Source: a virus
Taxonomy: Duplodnaviria; Caudoviricetes
Length of the DNA stretch: 64,000 nt
Strand: one strand, 5' to 3'
IMG/VR virus record: IMGVR_UViG_3300025711_000239
Span: 1-64,000 of that record
Shown piece after piece: positions 60,952-64,000 of this stretch; positions within the stretch are counted from its first letter, which is position 1; each line of letters starts with the position of its first letter. The translations under genes and the position numbers were made by a program. A model generated the notes under the pieces. The model was given only the letters and a program-made list of their open reading frames with translations. It was not told where the DNA came from and did no database searches.

Positions 60952-60972
60952 ACTGTAAGCGGTTTGTACTTT
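60952..60972 (-). promoter_or_regulatory. Putative late promoter
   Basis: AAAGTACAAACCGCT-TACAGT. Confidence 0.65.
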
Positions 60973-61270
60973 GCAAAGTAGTGTCAACGAATTTTTTTGC
61001 TGGCTAACATTTATCCACCTGAAAAAAATTTTCAGTTTTTTTAAGCACCTTTTAATTAAAGGTTCCAAAAAAGACAAACTCGCATCAGCCTTGAATTGAA
61101 GGGCTTTTACATAGTTATTTTTTTATTAAAAATTAACTATTTTTTTAGCAAACTATCCTAAATATTAAGAAACACACAGCTTTCAAGTGGTTGATTAAAG
61201 ATTATTAAACGTTGAATATAAAAATGGTCAGAAGATATAGCTTTTAAACTTAACTCTACGAGGTTTTAAA

Positions 61271-62053
61271 ATGGCTGAACAACCGCAATTGGATGTTACT
61301 GCTTCCGCTCCGAACTGGGGTCCATCGTATAACTTTAATGCTGTGCAAGATCCTAATTCATTACCTGCTGGAGATCCAAAAGCGCGTACTGATTTAATTC
61401 GTGCATATTATGACGGTACAGCTACGGCTAAATGGCTGCAAGACTGCCTGAACTATCTCGATAAAGATATGAACGTAGTTAAGGCTTTACTATGCCGCGC
61501 TGCTTACGCCGACTATCAGGAAGCCCATGGAGGTGTTGGCTACTATGGCTCAATCAAAAATGCGCCTGCTGACTGGCCACCATCTAGCCAAAACATGTTG
61601 ACAGACAAAGCTTTTGCGCCGCTAGCCGCGCTTTATCACTATGCTTTTGGAGACGGCTCAGCTATGGCTGTCGATCTCGGTCAGTTGAGTTTTAACTTTG
61701 ATCGTAATAATTTACCTCCAATAAATAATATTTTGAGCGGCGTTCACACTGGCGAATTTAATATTAATCAAAGCATCGGTTATGACTTTGCCAATAGCGA
61801 TCGCTGGGCGTGGTCTTATTTGGGTCGGGTAAGTTTGACTTTGTCTGGAACACTTAAAGTTGATCCAGCTGGTAATTGGAACTTTGACGGTCGCGTTAAT
61901 GGTGTGTCAGATCGTTATGATGCAAACCCAGATGCGAAACGAGGACAAATTGGCGAGTTACTGACACAAATTTTGGCGCGAATTCCAAATCACACTGAAT
62001 ATGAAATTTTTATGCAGGGTGAGCATCGAATTCAAATTAGCGGTACCCGGTAA
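61271..62053 (+). CDS. Colicin M-like lipid II-degrading bacteriocin
   Basis: LGRVSL..SGTL...W.FDG.V...DRYDAN....RG..GELLT catalytic domain; TonB-box-like LDVTA. Confidence 0.9.
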   Translation: MAEQPQLDVTASAPNWGPSYNFNAVQDPNSLPAGDPKARTDLIRAYYDGTATAKWLQDCLNYLDKDMNVVKALLCRAAYADYQEAHGGVGYYGSIKNAPADWPPSSQNMLTDKAFAPLAALYHYAFGDGSAMAVDLGQLSFNFDRNNLPPINNILSGVHTGEFNINQSIGYDFANSDRWAWSYLGRVSLTLSGTLKVDPAGNWNFDGRVNGVSDRYDANPDAKRGQIGELLTQILARIPNHTEYEIFMQGEHRIQISGTR

Positions 62054-62060
62054 AATATCT

Positions 62061-62082
62061 AAAGGGGGCGTTTGCCCCCTTT
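62061..62082. terminator. Bidirectional terminator between toxin and immunity genes
   Basis: AAAGGGGGCGTTTGCCCCCTTT. Confidence 0.8.
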
Positions 62083-62083
62083 A

Positions 62084-62434
62084 TTAATTACCGTACTCAA
62101 TATCGGTTAGGTCAGAACATCGGGGCATGCCGGAGTAGGGGACGCCAGGCACTGCGCTAACAGTAAACGGTATCATTGCGATAGTAGGTCCTATCTGAAC
62201 ACCGCTCATATCCACACTCACATCCTTTCTAGCTAGATGATACTTCCCGAAAATACTGTTATCAGGACGCAATACATCCGCTATTACAGCATCAGCTGCT
62301 ATTGCCGGCTGAAGTGTTTTGCACGCTTCAGTGTCCGCCGCGATCTCATTTTTCATGTGTTGCTGAAGTGAAAAGTATCCGATCACCCCTATAGCAAAAA
62401 CTCCAATGGCAACTTTGCTAACCTTATTCATCAA
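62084..62434 (-). CDS. Colicin M immunity (Cmi/YebF-like) protein
   Basis: N-terminal TM anchor, CKTL, DNS, second Cys; convergent with toxin. Confidence 0.82.
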   Translation of the reverse strand: MMNKVSKVAIGVFAIGVIGYFSLQQHMKNEIAADTEACKTLQPAIAADAVIADVLRPDNSIFGKYHLARKDVSVDMSGVQIGPTIAMIPFTVSAVPGVPYSGMPRCSDLTDIEYGN

Positions 62435-62554
62435 ATATCCTATTCACTCAGATGTGAGAATGATAATCGTTTAATGATAATCTTACATGTATTTGATGTG
62501 GCAACCAACCCAAAGCTGGTGATTAATATTGCTGCTAACCATATCAATTATTAT

Positions 62555-63223
62555 TCAAACACACTCAGTATCCGCCAGTAAGTGTTCGATGCTTGCCATA
62601 GTGTAAGCCTTGATCATCAATTCTTTTTCCGTGCCGTTATGCCGGGAGAATTCTGCTTTACCGCCTGTAATGCCGTCTGCGTGTACCGGCACCAGCCAGT
62701 TGAACTCAGCCCGGATTGCTGCCGGTGCAGCGTGCTGGTGATGATTATCGCAAAGGGGGAGCTGTAAAAGGTGCGCGCCGGGTTTTGTGCGGCCCTCGAT
62801 GTGATGCAGGTTGATTACTGGGGATTCCTTTCCGTGTTGTAAGCAGGCAATGCATGGAAGTTTACCCAGTGCATCCATAACAACGCGCTCGACTGCAGTC
62901 GGTGCGCGCCCTTTAAGGCCTCTTCCGGACGCGCTGGCGCGTGTTTGCCGCTTCGCTGCAACTGGAGCTGGCTTTTTCTCTCTTAGGCGCTCAGAGGCGC
63001 TTACAGCGCGTTTTACTGCTTTAGCTTTTTGCTCTGCAATCCACTCCGGGGAATTACGCTTTTCAATCTGCCTGGCAAGCATCCTGTTACTGCTGGCTTT
63101 CTGCTTTGCGTACTGCTGCTGGCGAAACTCCGGGTCTGCCAGTTTTGCTGCATGTCTTTCGCGTTGGCGTTGCTGTACTTTTTCCTGCTTTTCCCGTGCG
63201 GCCTGAAAATCTGCGCTTTCCAT
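62555..63223 (-). CDS. ref: Ref family recombination enhancement nuclease
   Basis: GRAPT, CIAC, LHHIEGR, LPLC..HH. Confidence 0.88.
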   Translation of the reverse strand: MESADFQAAREKQEKVQQRQRERHAAKLADPEFRQQQYAKQKASSNRMLARQIEKRNSPEWIAEQKAKAVKRAVSASERLREKKPAPVAAKRQTRASASGRGLKGRAPTAVERVVMDALGKLPCIACLQHGKESPVINLHHIEGRTKPGAHLLQLPLCDNHHQHAAPAAIRAEFNWLVPVHADGITGGKAEFSRHNGTEKELMIKAYTMASIEHLLADTECV

Positions 63224-63333
63224 GATTTAACCAAATCTAAATTATTTTTTAGATTGTTGATCACCTTAAGGGATCTGTAAAGCGATATGAAATTGTCCAC
63301 TGGTTATGGCTTTTAGTTAATCAGCACTGCGGG

Positions 63334-63553
63334 TTATCCACTTATCCACTGGATAGATCATATAAATCGATCATATAGAGATCATAAATAGATCCTAATA
63401 GATCACCTTGCTTTCAACTTGATGAATTAAAAAGGAAAAAGTGGGTTTTACATTAGTCTATTCATGGTGGGAGTTAGTCTATTCATGTTGAATGTTAGTC
63501 TGTTCATGGTAATTGTTAGTTTATTCATGGTAGGGTGTTAGTCTATTCATGGT
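63334..63553 (+). repeat. P1 oriR-like plasmid origin
   Basis: Two tandem TTATCCAC DnaA-like boxes (63334, 63342), five GATC sites, five TTAGTCTATTCATGGT-type iterons at 63453, 63474, 63495, 63516, 63538. Confidence 0.9.
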
Positions 63554-63595
63554 GGCGGTCATAAATATTCACATTACTACGATCAGGCGATATCA

Positions 63596-64000
63596 ATGGA
63601 AAATGGTAATCAAATCAAGACAATAAACGATGCCTTGTCATTTGTTGGTGGTGAAGAAGGGAAGACTTATACACTGACACCAACGGCTAACAGAACCGTC
63701 CAGCCAATAGCATTGATGCGCTTGGGAGTCTTTGTCCCATCGGCCAAAAATAAGCCCATAGCCGGACGCGGAAACTCCAATATTGACGCTTCGGAAGACC
63801 TGCGCGAGCTCGAAATAGCTAAGGCAGAGGGCTACACCAACATTAACATTCGCGGCAGTCGCCTTGATATGAGTACAGACTTCAAGACGTGGATAGGTGC
63901 TATACGGGCGTTCTCTAAATATGGCGACCACTCCAATCGTATAGAGTTGCCTTTCACTGAATTTGCCAAACTGACGGGCATCGCTGTTGATGATATCAAC
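63596..64000 (+). CDS. repA: Plasmid replication initiator RepA (P1/FIB type), runs off the window
   Basis: Manual translation MENGNQIK...TVQPIALMRLGVFVP...AEGY; immediately after the iterons. Confidence 0.9.
   Translation, partial: MENGNQIKTINDALSFVGGEEGKTYTLTPTANRTVQPIALMRLGVFVPSAKNKPIAGRGNSNIDASEDLRELEIAKAEGYTNINIRGSRLDMSTDFKTWIGAIRAFSKYGDHSNRIELPFTEFAKLTGIAVDDIN

Larger units (their letters stand above)
23176..64000 (-). mobile_element. P1-like prophage/phage-plasmid, continuing beyond the window
   Basis: Synteny and sizes match P1 dar, lyd, tail, baseplate, gp21-23, dmt, hrdC, gp5-26, mat, ref and repA. Confidence 0.92.

Noticed and set aside
63453-63553. CRISPR array
   Set aside because: Gaps of 5-6 nt, no cas genes; position before repA identifies iterons
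63638-63931. 97-aa minus-strand ORF
   Set aside because: Antisense shadow of repA

Overview
Enterobacterales chromosome (Pantoea/Erwinia-like, inferred only from SmpB and tmRNA sequence). smpB and ssrA are followed by a composite island. (1) A P4-like satellite (about 0.9-10.9 kb): integrase, NACHT cargo gene, cos-like site, ogr/delta, ori, alpA, ash, primase. (2) A low-GC accessory tract (about 10.9-23.1 kb) in which unrelated genes are separated by copies of a ~28-30 bp imperfect palindrome (GTCCGCT...AGCGGAC). One unit is a decayed small tyrosine recombinase flanked by these sites, and several sites are interrupted by IS/MITE ends. Cargo includes a VOC pseudogene, a SEL1-like pair, an ABC-type ATPase, a thymidylate-synthase-fold plus aGPT-Pplase3 pair and a HigBA-like pair. 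(3) A streamlined P1-like prophage (23.2 kb to the window end): dar antirestriction operon, lysis, tail, baseplate, capsid, Dcm-Dam fusion, RdgC, mat, ref, a colicin M-like toxin/immunity pair and a P1 oriR-like iteron origin with repA. The best candidate for a new system is the palindrome-delimited cassette array with its recombinase. All family assignments come from motifs, recalled homologues and synteny; no searches were run.
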